Positions 28,183 to 38,863 are shown, numbered from the stretch's first letter. The stretch is 64,000 nucleotides of DNA from Synechococcus sp. (GCA_047285535.1 JBJBDC010000001.1:2464136-2528135), one strand, 5' to 3'. A program made the numbers and translations. The notes: generated from the sequence alone by a model not told the origin.

Positions 28183-30039
28183 GTGGGAGAGATGGGCAAA
28201 CCAGTTCAGATTTTGAGAAGCAAGACATGGTCCGAATTGCGGGAATTATTTGCTGAATTGCCACCTCAGCGCATTTGGTTCTTTTGTTTCGTTTTATTGG
28301 TATCACTACTCCAGGGCTTGTTTGACATGCTTCTGGTCGGATTGCTTGCCCGTTTTGTTGGGGTGCTGACTGGGGCAAAGCTTGGGGATCAGGTCCCTGG
28401 GATCTGGTTTTTCGGAGGTCGATTTCTCGACCAAGCTGCCTGGATTGTGGCTCTGCTGATTGTTGCTTACTGGTTTGCTTCTGGTTTGCGTTTTGCATCT
28501 GCTTATTTGCAAAGCGTTTTGGCTGCAGATATTTGGAGTGATTTAGTTAATAAAGTCTACTCCAATTTGATGATGCAGCGCTATGAGTTCTTTACGCAAA
28601 AGCGGACGGCGGTGCTTTCCGAGCGCTTTAATCGTGTGCTTGGTAGAATGTCAACCACGGTTCTTTCGCCGTTGATTGTTATTGTTGGAAATGGCGTAAC
28701 TGTTGCAGTATTACTAATAGGCGTGGCCATTGTTCTTGGCTTGAAAGCTTGGATGGTCTTCGCCCTCATGCTGTGTTGCTATTTAGTGACATCGCTGCTC
28801 ATTGTTCCTTATCTAAGACTTGCATCCAAGCAAAGGGTGCGTTTTTCGCGGCGAATTAATTTGATTTTTTCCGAGTCAATTCGATCCATCCGTGATGTTC
28901 AGCTTTATTCTTCTCATCGTTATTTTATTGATCAATTCTCTAGAGATGGAATCGTTGCTAAGCGGTATGAGAGGTTGTCAAGATTGCTTCCAGATGTCCC
29001 TCGGTTCGTAATTGAGCCGATGGCAATAACGATTCTTTTTTTGGTGGGATTGGTGCCTTCTTTGGTGGTAGGTAATGGACAGGCGTTGAGAGATGCTTTG
29101 CCTGAACTCGCCACCATGTTGGTAGTGCTTTTACGTATGTCTGCCCCACTTCAAAATGTGACCCGAGATCTCAACAAACTGAGGGGGGCCTTGCCGGAAA
29201 TTCAGGATGCAATGGAGTTGTTGCGAATGAAAGGACACAGAATGTTGTTGGGCTCTCCAGGTGTTCCTTCAGCTGAAGGTGTCATGCCACGAGGATTGAT
29301 CGAGTTGCGAAATGTTGGGTTTAGTTATGAAAACTCTTCAGTTGAAGTTGTTTCGGGGATTGATCTTGCAATTCCAATTGGATCTCGAATTGCTTTGGTC
29401 GGTAAAACTGGCAGTGGTAAATCAACCTTGGCTCATTTACTTCTTGGCTTGTTGGAACCAACTGATGGTGAGTTGTTACTCGACGGTGTACCTGTCACGG
29501 ATGAAGAAATTCCAGCTTGGCAGGCTAATTGTGCATTTGTGCCCCAAGACATTCGTCTGCTGGATGCAAGTGTAAGGGAGAATGTTGCATTTTGTCAGGA
29601 TCCTGAATTGATTGACGATGATGAGGTTTGGTCCGCGCTCAATGCAGCCCAATTTGACGAATTTGTTGCCCAAATGTCGTATGGTTTGTATACAATTTGT
29701 GGGGAAAATGGCGTCCTTCTTTCTGGTGGACAACGCCAGCGATTGTCCTTGGCAAGAGCTTTTTATCGGAGAGCTAAATTATTAGTCCTTGATGAGGCGA
29801 CAAGTGCTCTTGATAATAAAACCGAATATGATGTCATGAATGCTCTTGATTTGGTGGGAAGGCGTTGCACGATTGTTGTGATCGCTCACCGAATGTCAAC
29901 TGTTCGGAAGTGTGATCGAATTTATGAACTTGATGGCGGCAGAATAAAGTCAGAAGGTGATTTTCGAACTTTGCTCGAGTCTTCGTCAAGTTTCCGTGAG
30001 ATGACATTGCTGGATGAGAGCGGCTTAAGCAATGGCTGA
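28183..30039 (+). CDS. ABC exporter (TMD+NBD), MsbA/PglK/Wzk-like
   Basis: GKTGSGKST, LSGGQRQR, LDEATSALD; N-terminal TMD; embedded among GT genes. Confidence 0.88.
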   Translation: MGEMGKPVQILRSKTWSELRELFAELPPQRIWFFCFVLLVSLLQGLFDMLLVGLLARFVGVLTGAKLGDQVPGIWFFGGRFLDQAAWIVALLIVAYWFASGLRFASAYLQSVLAADIWSDLVNKVYSNLMMQRYEFFTQKRTAVLSERFNRVLGRMSTTVLSPLIVIVGNGVTVAVLLIGVAIVLGLKAWMVFALMLCCYLVTSLLIVPYLRLASKQRVRFSRRINLIFSESIRSIRDVQLYSSHRYFIDQFSRDGIVAKRYERLSRLLPDVPRFVIEPMAITILFLVGLVPSLVVGNGQALRDALPELATMLVVLLRMSAPLQNVTRDLNKLRGALPEIQDAMELLRMKGHRMLLGSPGVPSAEGVMPRGLIELRNVGFSYENSSVEVVSGIDLAIPIGSRIALVGKTGSGKSTLAHLLLGLLEPTDGELLLDGVPVTDEEIPAWQANCAFVPQDIRLLDASVRENVAFCQDPELIDDDEVWSALNAAQFDEFVAQMSYGLYTICGENGVLLSGGQRQRLSLARAFYRRAKLLVLDEATSALDNKTEYDVMNALDLVGRRCTIVVIAHRMSTVRKCDRIYELDGGRIKSEGDFRTLLESSSSFREMTLLDESGLSNG

Positions 30040-31198
30040 TGTGTTGATTCTTTCTACAGCTGATTGGGATCATCCTTTATGGACTAACAAGCAGCATTTA
30101 GCTATTTCTTTAAGGGATCTTGGTCATCGTATTGTCTATGTGGAGTCTCTTGGCCTAAGACCGCCACGTTTGCAGGCTGGTCGCGACATCCGTAGGATTT
30201 GGCGACGACTCCGCCGAGTTTTCAACCCTCTCCAGCAACGCTCCCCGGGTATCTGGGTGTTGTCCCCACCAGTGCTGCCTGGGGTTATTTCTGGTTGGGG
30301 GCTCAAATTCAATTCTGTTGTCTTGGGCTTGTGTTTGTCCTTGGTACGCTGGCGATTAGGTTGTCAAGAGCTTTTGTTGTGGAGTTTTAATCCACTTACT
30401 TCTCTTTATTTAGATTTAAAAGCTTTTTCTCAGACGGTTTATCACTGTGTGGATCGTCTTCAGGCCCAGCCAGGGATGCCAGTTTCACTTCTTGATTCTG
30501 CAGAAAAAGAGCTTTGTCAATTAGTAAATGTGGTTTTTACTACTGCCCCTTGCTTGCAGGAGAGGCTTGCTCCTTGGAATCCTGCGACTTACTTTTTTGG
30601 CAATGTTGCAGATGTCGATCATTTTTCATCCGCGCATCTCTGTGCCAGTGTACGCCCGGCCGATCTTCCAGATACGCAAGGTCCTTTGTTGATTTTTATC
30701 GGTGCGATTGATGCCTACAAACTTGAGCTGGAGCAGTTGTATAAGCTGATCCAGCGCACTCCAGGATGGACGTATGTCTTTATTGGTCCAGTGGGAGAAA
30801 GCGATCCTTCCACAAATGTTGAACCACTGAATCGATTAGCAAACTTTCATCTACTTGGAACGCGAGCTTATCGAGACTTGCCTGCCTATCTGGCTTATGC
30901 GGATGTGGCGTTATTGCCATTGCGTATTAATGATTACACACGGCATATGTACCCAATGAAATTTTTCGAATACTTAGCTTCAGGTTGTCCTGTTGTTGGG
31001 ACTGCTATACCGTCGCTGATTGATCAAGCAGATGTAGCGAATCTGTGCGATCCCACCGCAGATGAGTTTGAAACAGCAATCTCTAAAGTTCTCAAGGGAG
31101 ATGGTCCACCACTTGAGAGGCGTTTGGAACGCGCCGAACAAAACACTTATCAACGTCGTAGTGCGGCGATGCTTGATTGTCTTCCTAGGCCTTTGTAA
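30032..31198 (+). CDS. glycosyltransferase (TuaH-like GT4)
   Basis: DWDHPLWTNKQH, YHCVD, PMKFFEYLASGCPVV. Confidence 0.85.
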   Translation: MADVLILSTADWDHPLWTNKQHLAISLRDLGHRIVYVESLGLRPPRLQAGRDIRRIWRRLRRVFNPLQQRSPGIWVLSPPVLPGVISGWGLKFNSVVLGLCLSLVRWRLGCQELLLWSFNPLTSLYLDLKAFSQTVYHCVDRLQAQPGMPVSLLDSAEKELCQLVNVVFTTAPCLQERLAPWNPATYFFGNVADVDHFSSAHLCASVRPADLPDTQGPLLIFIGAIDAYKLELEQLYKLIQRTPGWTYVFIGPVGESDPSTNVEPLNRLANFHLLGTRAYRDLPAYLAYADVALLPLRINDYTRHMYPMKFFEYLASGCPVVGTAIPSLIDQADVANLCDPTADEFETAISKVLKGDGPPLERRLERAEQNTYQRRSAAMLDCLPRPL

Positions 31199-32367
31199 TG
31201 AGGCGTGTAGCTTTCTACATTGACTCTTTGAAGTTAGGTGGTGCAGAACGGGTCACCCTGCAATGGTCTTCATGGTGTCAGCAGGCTGGCTGGGATGTAG
31301 TACTACTCACTCGAAAGCCTCCAAGTTGGGATTTTTATCCTTTGCCACCTGGTGTTCGACGGGAGGTGGAACCTCCAGATAAGGCCTGGGTCAGATGTCT
31401 CGGGCCGCTTGGTTTCCCCTTTCGAGTAAAGGCCCTACACCATTGGTTGAAGCATGAGCAAGTGAGTCTTGCGATTGGTGTGACTTCGCTCCCTGCCATC
31501 AAGTTGCTCTTCGCGGCCCGCGCTCTTGGCCTGCCTTGTGTCGTCTCAGAGCGTAATTTTCCCCCTTTGAAACGAATTGGTCGGGTTTGGAGTGTTCTCA
31601 GACGGATCAGCTATCCGTGGGCTGCATTGCATTTAGTCCAGACCGATAAAGTGGGTTCTTGGATGGCTCTCAATCTCGGTGCACGTCGTCAGCTTTTGTT
31701 GCCCAATTCTGTGCAATGGCCTCTGCAGAACTTTGACCCTAGGGTCAATCCGCAGAGATGGCTTGATGAGTCAGGGGCGCGACCATTAGATCCTGTCATT
31801 CTCGCCGTCGGAACGAAGGCAGAACAGAAGGGTTTTGACCGTCTGGTGCGGTGGTGGATTCCATTGGCCTTTCGCCACCCATCGCTGCATTTGGTGATTC
31901 TCGGTTTGGATGCGCTGCCTTATCACGGTCGTGATCAGCAGTCTGACTTAAGGGATCTTTTGAAGGCATATCCTGAATTGACTTCTCGATTGCATTTCCC
32001 TGGTCGCGTTGGCAATGTCACTGACTGGTATCAAAGGGCGCAGTTATTTGTTCTTTCATCCCGTTACGAAGGCTTCCCAAATGTGTTGCTGGAAGCGATG
32101 GCGGCTGGTTGTTGCTGTATTGCAGCTGATTGTCCTCATGGACCGGCCGATTTGATCAACAATGACGTGAATGGCTTGTTGGTTCCCACCCAAGCCTCAG
32201 AGGAAGATTGGGTTCAAGTTCTCGAGGCCCTTCTTTTAGATGCTCCACGTCGTCAACGTTTGTCTCGTAGTGCTCTTGCCGTAAGGGAGGATTACTCTCC
32301 ATCGTCTTTGAAGCGCAGTCTCATAAACGCGTTGAATTGTGTGATTCAGGACGCCATAGAGAGTTGA
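31198..32367 (+). CDS. GT4 glycosyltransferase
   Basis: GGAERV, VSERN, SSRYEGFPNVLLEAMAAG. Confidence 0.9.
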   Translation: MRRVAFYIDSLKLGGAERVTLQWSSWCQQAGWDVVLLTRKPPSWDFYPLPPGVRREVEPPDKAWVRCLGPLGFPFRVKALHHWLKHEQVSLAIGVTSLPAIKLLFAARALGLPCVVSERNFPPLKRIGRVWSVLRRISYPWAALHLVQTDKVGSWMALNLGARRQLLLPNSVQWPLQNFDPRVNPQRWLDESGARPLDPVILAVGTKAEQKGFDRLVRWWIPLAFRHPSLHLVILGLDALPYHGRDQQSDLRDLLKAYPELTSRLHFPGRVGNVTDWYQRAQLFVLSSRYEGFPNVLLEAMAAGCCCIAADCPHGPADLINNDVNGLLVPTQASEEDWVQVLEALLLDAPRRQRLSRSALAVREDYSPSSLKRSLINALNCVIQDAIES

Positions 32368-32368
32368 G

Positions 32369-33631
32369 ATGGATGAGGATCTCTGGTTATTGCTCCCCCA
32401 TCTTGGGCCCGGAGGTGCTCAAAAAGTAGCTCTTTTAGTAGCGGCTTATTTCATGGGCAAGGGTTGGAAGGTCAGACTGGTTACTGTTTTGCCGGGTCCA
32501 GGCCTGGCTCACACCATCCCAGATGGATTACTGATCACTGATCTTGGTCCTGCAGTCGATAGGCTTTGGAAACGAGATCACTGGAATCGTTCTTGGATTG
32601 CGCGGGGCCGGCGTTTTTTAGCTCCCAAACGAAGACTGCATCGTCTTGCTGCCCGTGTTCTTCTTGGCCCTCTATGCCCTGTGTTCGAGTCGGTAGTTTC
32701 ACGAAAAGCGGACTGGCGATCCAGGCTCTTGCGTTGGTGTGTGGCTGGTATCGATGGGCCACCGTCTTGGCAGCTCAGTGCTTTATTTGAGCGAGAAAAG
32801 CCCAAACGAGTGGTGTCTTTTCTTAGTCGCACCAATATCCGATCTTGCAGCGCACTCTGGATGCAGAACTGCCATTTAGTGATTTCGGAACGCAATGACA
32901 TCAATCGCCAACATCTGCCATTCCCTTGGTCACGCTTTCGCCGTTTGCTCTATCGCCGGGCTGATGTACTGACCGCGAATACCACAGGTGTCATGGCGAG
33001 TATGGCGCCTCAATTTGACAAACGGAAGCTTGCATTGCTTCCAAATCCGTTGCCCATGCCGGAGATTAGCGAGGCTGTTGGTAGTGCAAAGGAAAGAAGC
33101 GGGTTTGTCACTGTTGCTCGTTTGGTTCCTCAGAAAGGCATTGATGTTTTGATACAAGCATTGGCTTTGACATCTGGAATTGCAAAAAGTTGGGATCTGA
33201 CATTGGTGGGGGATGGGCCGGAGCGGGAGTGTCTGAAATCATTGGCAGAACAGTCCGGGCTTACCGAGAGGATTCATTTCACTGGTTTTCAGAGCAATCC
33301 GCAGACGTTTTTGCGCCGGGCTGCTGTATTTGTTTTGCCCTCACGATTTGAAGGCATGCCCAATGCTCTGATGGAGGCAATGGCGTCTGGTTTGGCGGTG
33401 GTTGTAACGGATTCTTCCCCGGGTCCCTTGGAGGTGGTTGATCAAGGAGTCACAGGGCTTGTGGTGCCTAGTGAAGATCCAGTGGCTCTCAAAAATGCCT
33501 TGGAAAATCTGGTCGCTAATCCAGAATTACGCCACCAGCTAGGTTCGGCTGCTCGAGAAAAGTTGCGACAAATGGACTGGCCCGTCGTGGGGCCGATTTG
33601 GGAGTCGCTTCTGGGAGGACCTCAAGTTTGA
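32369..33631 (+). CDS. GT4 glycosyltransferase
   Basis: GGAQKV, ISERN, PSRFEGMPNALMEAMASG. Confidence 0.9.
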   Translation: MDEDLWLLLPHLGPGGAQKVALLVAAYFMGKGWKVRLVTVLPGPGLAHTIPDGLLITDLGPAVDRLWKRDHWNRSWIARGRRFLAPKRRLHRLAARVLLGPLCPVFESVVSRKADWRSRLLRWCVAGIDGPPSWQLSALFEREKPKRVVSFLSRTNIRSCSALWMQNCHLVISERNDINRQHLPFPWSRFRRLLYRRADVLTANTTGVMASMAPQFDKRKLALLPNPLPMPEISEAVGSAKERSGFVTVARLVPQKGIDVLIQALALTSGIAKSWDLTLVGDGPERECLKSLAEQSGLTERIHFTGFQSNPQTFLRRAAVFVLPSRFEGMPNALMEAMASGLAVVVTDSSPGPLEVVDQGVTGLVVPSEDPVALKNALENLVANPELRHQLGSAAREKLRQMDWPVVGPIWESLLGGPQV

Positions 33632-34746
33632 AACGATTGATGGTGTTTGCTCCGACGCGCCGAGCTGCATCAGAAACCTTCGTGCGTGCCAATCTCGTTG
33701 GACTTCCTTTCGAGGTTGTCGCCTATTTCGGCGATGAACGCCCTTGGCTTCCTCTTGATCGCTTTGCCTATGGCTGGGCTGTGCTGCTTAGCAAGATATG
33801 CACGCGTCTAAGGCTGCTGAGATTGGCTAGTTGGCCTGCTTCATGGGTGGCCCAGTGTCTGATTCAGCAGAATCGGCCTGACTTAGTGCTAGTGGAATTT
33901 GGTTTTCACGCTGTGCGTGTGATGGAGGCCGTCGATCAAGGCGGAGTGCCATTAGTAGTGCATTTCCGTGGGTCTGATCTTTCCGCAGCCAGCAAATTGG
34001 GGGTGTTGCGAAGCCGCTACAAACGATTGATGAGGATCGCTTCTGGAGTCGTCTGTAAATCTCTGCCGATGGCCCAGACTTTGAAGGAGTTGGGTGCAGC
34101 TTCGGATCGAATTTTAATCAGTGCGTCTGGTGCTAATTCCCAGTTATTTCACAGTGGAGATCCTGCTTCCTCGCCCAGTGTCTGTTTAGCGGTAGGTCGT
34201 TTTGTCGAAAAGAAAGGCCCCCTTCATACAATCCATGCTTTTGCTCAACAGCCCCTCGGAGAACTTTGGATGGTTGGAGAGGGGCCGCTGCTGAGACAGG
34301 CAAAGGACTTGGTACGAAGACTTGATCTCAGCGAGCGCGTTCATTTTTTAGGTATCCGCTCTCAGGCTGAGGTGGCTTCTTTGATGCGTCAGGTGAGGTT
34401 ATTTGTTCAGCACTCTTTGGTGGCTTCTGATGGAGATAGTGAAGGAAATCCCGTGGCGGTGATGGAGGCTCAGCTGAGCGGATTGCCAGTTGTGGCAACT
34501 CGTCACGCTGGTATTCCAGAAGTAGTCCTTAATGCTCAGACTGGTTTCCTTGTTGAAGAAGGGGATGTTAGTGGTATGGCTTTGGCAATACAACGGCTGC
34601 TTGCGGATCCGCTCCTTAGCAGACGCCTTGGCTTGGCAGGCCAGCAAAGAGTGGCAGCTAAATTCACATTAGAGCATCATCTATGTGAGTTAACAAGATT
34701 TTTAGAGCAAATCGAGTCAATGACATCGGCACCTGGCAGATTATGA
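33628..34746 (+). CDS. GT4 glycosyltransferase (WcaL-like)
   Basis: SETFV, HFRGSD, GRFVEKKG, GDSEGNPVAVMEAQ; TTGA overlap with the upstream stop. Confidence 0.88.
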   Translation: MKRLMVFAPTRRAASETFVRANLVGLPFEVVAYFGDERPWLPLDRFAYGWAVLLSKICTRLRLLRLASWPASWVAQCLIQQNRPDLVLVEFGFHAVRVMEAVDQGGVPLVVHFRGSDLSAASKLGVLRSRYKRLMRIASGVVCKSLPMAQTLKELGAASDRILISASGANSQLFHSGDPASSPSVCLAVGRFVEKKGPLHTIHAFAQQPLGELWMVGEGPLLRQAKDLVRRLDLSERVHFLGIRSQAEVASLMRQVRLFVQHSLVASDGDSEGNPVAVMEAQLSGLPVVATRHAGIPEVVLNAQTGFLVEEGDVSGMALAIQRLLADPLLSRRLGLAGQQRVAAKFTLEHHLCELTRFLEQIESMTSAPGRL

Positions 34747-34768
34747 CTATTGTGGTAGATAGCATTTG

Positions 34769-36064
34769 TTAATTGCTTGGCAGTTTAATATTTTGCTGTG
34801 GCGCAGGCTTCAGGTTTTGCTGATTTGAGAAAATTGCCCCTAAAATGAGCCCAATCAGTATTTGTATGGCGTGATTGTATGCATGAATAGTGGTACATAT
34901 TGAATTGATGAATAATGTAATGAATAATCCGGTGCAACACTCTGCCCAAGGACAGCAATCTATATTGATCGGGCCAATGTTTTGCTGAAGTTTTCTGATA
35001 TTGCTAATAGCTAAGATTCCAATCAGTATAATAAATGTTAAGCCAAGCATACCGTGCAGGCCTACAAGGTGAGCATAAGTGTTGTGTGCATGTCCAGCAC
35101 TGCCAGGAGCATGAGCGGATAAATTTCCAATTTTTGCATCAGAACATATCTCCATGATTTTTTGCTTTTGATGGCCAAATCCGTAAAGGAATCGATTATG
35201 CCCAGTAAATATTGCATTCATCCAACACCGAATTAATTGCAAGCGAGTATTATCACCGGAAAGCCCATGGCTCCAATCTTTCCTAATTGCAAAATGCCAG
35301 ATAATAGCCAATGGTGAGATAAGAAAAAATAAAAATGCAATGTTCTTATAAGGTTGCTTCATCCTCAACAATGAATGACGGTGTGTTATTGCCCAGCCGC
35401 CAAGAGCGCCAATTGGTGGAGAAATAGCTGCCATTCGTGAGTCCGTACCGAGACATGTAAAATAACCAAGAAGAGTAAAGATTAATAAAACCATTTTGAA
35501 TGATCCTCGTTGAGATTGCCTAAATGCGTACCAACTGGCAATTGTTAATAGCGACACTACAATGGCGAGCCTATTAATATTCCCAAATCCTTCATTGAAA
35601 AAAGATCGGTAAGATGAAGCCATCCACTCGTGCTTGGGTTCATAGAAACTTAGTAGAGGTATGCTTAATACCGCTATGACCACACTCATCCAGTTAAGTA
35701 GTTTTGTCCAGGCATCTAAGTTTAGATTGGAGCCAATAATGGCTCCAATGGATATTAAAAGAAAGATCGTTATTCCATGCTCATCGTCAACTTTTACAAT
35801 TGTTCGAGCCTGAATTATTAGCAAGCTGGCAAGCAATACGTAGGTAATATTGAGCTGGCGTGAAGCCTCATTTCGTTGATGATGTCTCGCGACTTGTAAA
35901 AGGCGAATAATGCTCCAAATCAAAAGCAATGAAAGGCTTAGTTCTTTGCTATCGCTATTAATTTGTAGTATCAATCCAATTGCAAGTAGAGTGTCTATTG
36001 CGGAAAATTTGTTAGAAAGCATGATCTCCAATGTTTCAGCCGTGATCGCTAATAGAGCGTGCAA
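34769..36064 (-). CDS. O-antigen ligase / Wzy_C-family membrane protein
   Basis: Multi-TM; TDSRMA, RLQLIRCW...LYGFG, HAHNTYAHL..HGMLG. Confidence 0.78.
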   Translation of the reverse strand: MHALLAITAETLEIMLSNKFSAIDTLLAIGLILQINSDSKELSLSLLLIWSIIRLLQVARHHQRNEASRQLNITYVLLASLLIIQARTIVKVDDEHGITIFLLISIGAIIGSNLNLDAWTKLLNWMSVVIAVLSIPLLSFYEPKHEWMASSYRSFFNEGFGNINRLAIVVSLLTIASWYAFRQSQRGSFKMVLLIFTLLGYFTCLGTDSRMAAISPPIGALGGWAITHRHSLLRMKQPYKNIAFLFFLISPLAIIWHFAIRKDWSHGLSGDNTRLQLIRCWMNAIFTGHNRFLYGFGHQKQKIMEICSDAKIGNLSAHAPGSAGHAHNTYAHLVGLHGMLGLTFIILIGILAISNIRKLQQNIGPINIDCCPWAECCTGLFITLFINSICTTIHAYNHAIQILIGLILGAIFSNQQNLKPAPQQNIKLPSN

Positions 36065-36163
36065 AACATTCGCTAAGGCAAATTAGAAGCATAAATTTTT
36101 ACTCTTTAGAGCTGATTCCTCTATACTAGAGTACTGGAGAGCAATTACGAAAAGTCGGAAAAA

Positions 36164-37540
36164 ATGCTTTGGCGAGCCCCCTGGATGCAAGGACGTTTAG
36201 CTCTATTTGGGTTGGCTCTATGGGATGTGTTAGTCCTAAGCATTTCATATACTTTGATTTACATTATTAGATTGGGTAATTGGCAGGAAAGTCTTACCTT
36301 GGGTCAATTTGTATATGTATTGTTGTGGTGCTCAGGATCTTATTTGCTAGGGAGATATTCCAAAACAGAGTCTGGATATTTCCACAAGCCTAAAGATGCT
36401 TTTGTTAGAACACTTTTGATTGCATTTTCTCTTCTCCTGGTGTTTGTGCTTCATAATTGGGTTAACGCTATTAATGATGCTGGAACACGTTTTCGTGGTT
36501 TTTTGATTCCACTGATTGTTCTTAGCATTTTTGGTTCTTATGTGGGTCAGATCTGGGCTTCATTTCAATTCTCAGACTCCGAGTCCTGGCTATTAATTGT
36601 TTCGCCTACTGAGTATGATGCCTTGATTTCTGATCAGTCTCTCCAGAGGGAAATGTTATCCTCAAACATAGAGATTATAGAGCATCATAAGTTTATGGAT
36701 TATGTAAATAGAAAGAAGTTAAGCGCTGGTAATCCTATTTCGAATTGTACTCTGCATACTATTGCTGTTAGTGAAAATGTACTTCTTTCCGGTGAATCCC
36801 TAAAGCACCTAATGGTTCTCCGATCGAATGGTATACGTATTCGTTCTTTAATAGATTGGGCAGAATTAAAACTCCACCGAGTACCTCCTGAATTGGTTAG
36901 TGAGCATTGGTTTGTAGCGGCTGAGGGGTTTTCCGTTCAGCCAGGTCGCTTTGGCTGGCGATTAAAACGCATGGGTGATCTTCTAGGAGCAATTCTTATA
37001 TCTATCATAAGTCTACCTGCCTTTATATTGGCAGCTATTTTTATTTATTTAGAAGATGGAACTCCCATCTTTTATAGTCAAGTTCGTACAGGACTGAATG
37101 GAGAAATGATTCGTGTTTGGAAGTTACGGACGATGAGAGATCATTCAGAAAAGGCAGGACCACAATGGTCAACACGTCATGATTCGCGAGTCACAAATGT
37201 TGGGAAGATACTTCGTCGTTTTCGGATTGATGAATTACCCCAGTTAATGGGTGTGATTAGAGGCGACTTAAGTTTGATTGGACCAAGACCTGAGCGGCCA
37301 GAATTTGAAACTGAATTAGAACAAAATATTCCTCACTATAGGGTAAGGCATTGGATTAGGCCAGGATTAAGCGGTTGGGCTCAAGTCAATTATCCATATG
37401 CGGCTAGCATTCAAGATAGCCGCATGAAATTAAGCTACGATCTTTATTATATACGTAATTCCGGTTTTTTATTGGACTTGCTAATTCTTATCAAAACGGT
37501 AAGACTTTTACTACGCGCAAAAGGTGCTTTGCCGATTTAA
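36164..37540 (+). CDS. initiating polyprenyl-phosphate sugar-1-P transferase (WcaJ/WbaP-like)
   Basis: KRMGDL, KLRTM, RIDELPQL, SLIGPRPERP, RPGLSGWAQV, YDLYY. Confidence 0.93.
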   Translation: MLWRAPWMQGRLALFGLALWDVLVLSISYTLIYIIRLGNWQESLTLGQFVYVLLWCSGSYLLGRYSKTESGYFHKPKDAFVRTLLIAFSLLLVFVLHNWVNAINDAGTRFRGFLIPLIVLSIFGSYVGQIWASFQFSDSESWLLIVSPTEYDALISDQSLQREMLSSNIEIIEHHKFMDYVNRKKLSAGNPISNCTLHTIAVSENVLLSGESLKHLMVLRSNGIRIRSLIDWAELKLHRVPPELVSEHWFVAAEGFSVQPGRFGWRLKRMGDLLGAILISIISLPAFILAAIFIYLEDGTPIFYSQVRTGLNGEMIRVWKLRTMRDHSEKAGPQWSTRHDSRVTNVGKILRRFRIDELPQLMGVIRGDLSLIGPRPERPEFETELEQNIPHYRVRHWIRPGLSGWAQVNYPYAASIQDSRMKLSYDLYYIRNSGFLLDLLILIKTVRLLLRAKGALPI

Positions 37541-37615
37541 AATCTGTCTTTTTCAAAAGCAAATGATTTCAATTGCCATGTTGCGGAGATCAACTCATCA
37601 TGAATCACATTATTA

Positions 37616-38863
37616 ATGACTAATTCAACAAAACAGATTAGATTAGCAGTATTAGTTACGCATCCCGTTCAGTATTTTCAACCAGTATTTAAAGATCTGT
37701 CCGCAACACCAGGTATCGATCTCTTGGTTTTCTATGGATGCAACCATGGTTTAGTTGCTAGTTTTGATGCTGACTTTAGTCAGAAAATAGCATGGGATTC
37801 TGATCTTATTACTGGTTTTCGCTCAAGGTTTGTAAGTAAAGGTTTGCTTTCTAGTCTTAACTCTTGGATGAAATCCTTGCAGCTAGCTGTGAAAGCAAAC
37901 CATATGATTAACTCCTTTGAGCCTGACTTTGTACTCGTTTATGCGTATACTCCACTCTTTATCTCGTTGACTACTCTACTGTTAAAGTTCACTGGAAATC
38001 GTCTTCTCTTGCGTGCTGATGGAACTGATCGTGCTTTGCCCCGTGGCGCTTTAAAATCATTAATAAGAGATATTGTTCTCCGAGCATGGTATCATCTATT
38101 TCTACATATCTTCCCTATTGGCCATTATTCAGATGAACATTTTGCTCGACTAGGCGTCTCAAAACTCAAGCGTACTTCGGTCCCATTTGCTGTAAATGTT
38201 GAATATTTCAATCAACAAGTTCAATATTGGATGCCAAAACGGGCTCAATTGCGACAGAAATATGGCATAAAAACAGAAGATATTGTTTTGCTGTGGAGTG
38301 GAAAAATGACAAGTATTAAGAACCCAATGTTATTGATCAAGGCTATTGCTTCGTTGCCATCTGAGATTAAGCAACGTATTTTTCTCATGGCAATGGGGGA
38401 TGGTCCATTATTCAAGGATTTTCAGGCTCGTGCCAATGAATATTTAGATCATAGATGTTACTTTCTTGGTTTTTGTAATCAAAGTGAGATGGGACGTGGC
38501 TATGCCTGCGCAGATGTTTTGGTTTTTCCTTCCTGCATGGGAGAGACCTGGGGTCTGGTCGTCAATGAAGCCTTACAGTTTGGTCTTGCTGTGATTTCTA
38601 GTGATCATCCTGGTTGTGTTGGGGATCTTTTCGGAGGACAATTTGAGATTCCTAAGGGTTCTAGTGTGTTCTCCAATGGTGACGAGCTAGCCTTAGCGCA
38701 AGCCTTGACCTCGTTTGTTAATCATTACACCAAAGGGTACATCCCAAAACCAGTCAAAGGTCTTCCTTCCCCTTTCGCTTTAGCTGAAGCTATAACTCAT
38801 CAGATGTGGAGGTATTTAGAATGTGCAGCTAACCATTCTCCTAACACTACCCACCGCCAGTAA
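37616..38863 (+). CDS. GT4 glycosyltransferase
   Basis: THPVQY, ETWGLVVNEALQFG. Confidence 0.87.
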   Translation: MTNSTKQIRLAVLVTHPVQYFQPVFKDLSATPGIDLLVFYGCNHGLVASFDADFSQKIAWDSDLITGFRSRFVSKGLLSSLNSWMKSLQLAVKANHMINSFEPDFVLVYAYTPLFISLTTLLLKFTGNRLLLRADGTDRALPRGALKSLIRDIVLRAWYHLFLHIFPIGHYSDEHFARLGVSKLKRTSVPFAVNVEYFNQQVQYWMPKRAQLRQKYGIKTEDIVLLWSGKMTSIKNPMLLIKAIASLPSEIKQRIFLMAMGDGPLFKDFQARANEYLDHRCYFLGFCNQSEMGRGYACADVLVFPSCMGETWGLVVNEALQFGLAVISSDHPGCVGDLFGGQFEIPKGSSVFSNGDELALAQALTSFVNHYTKGYIPKPVKGLPSPFALAEAITHQMWRYLECAANHSPNTTHRQ

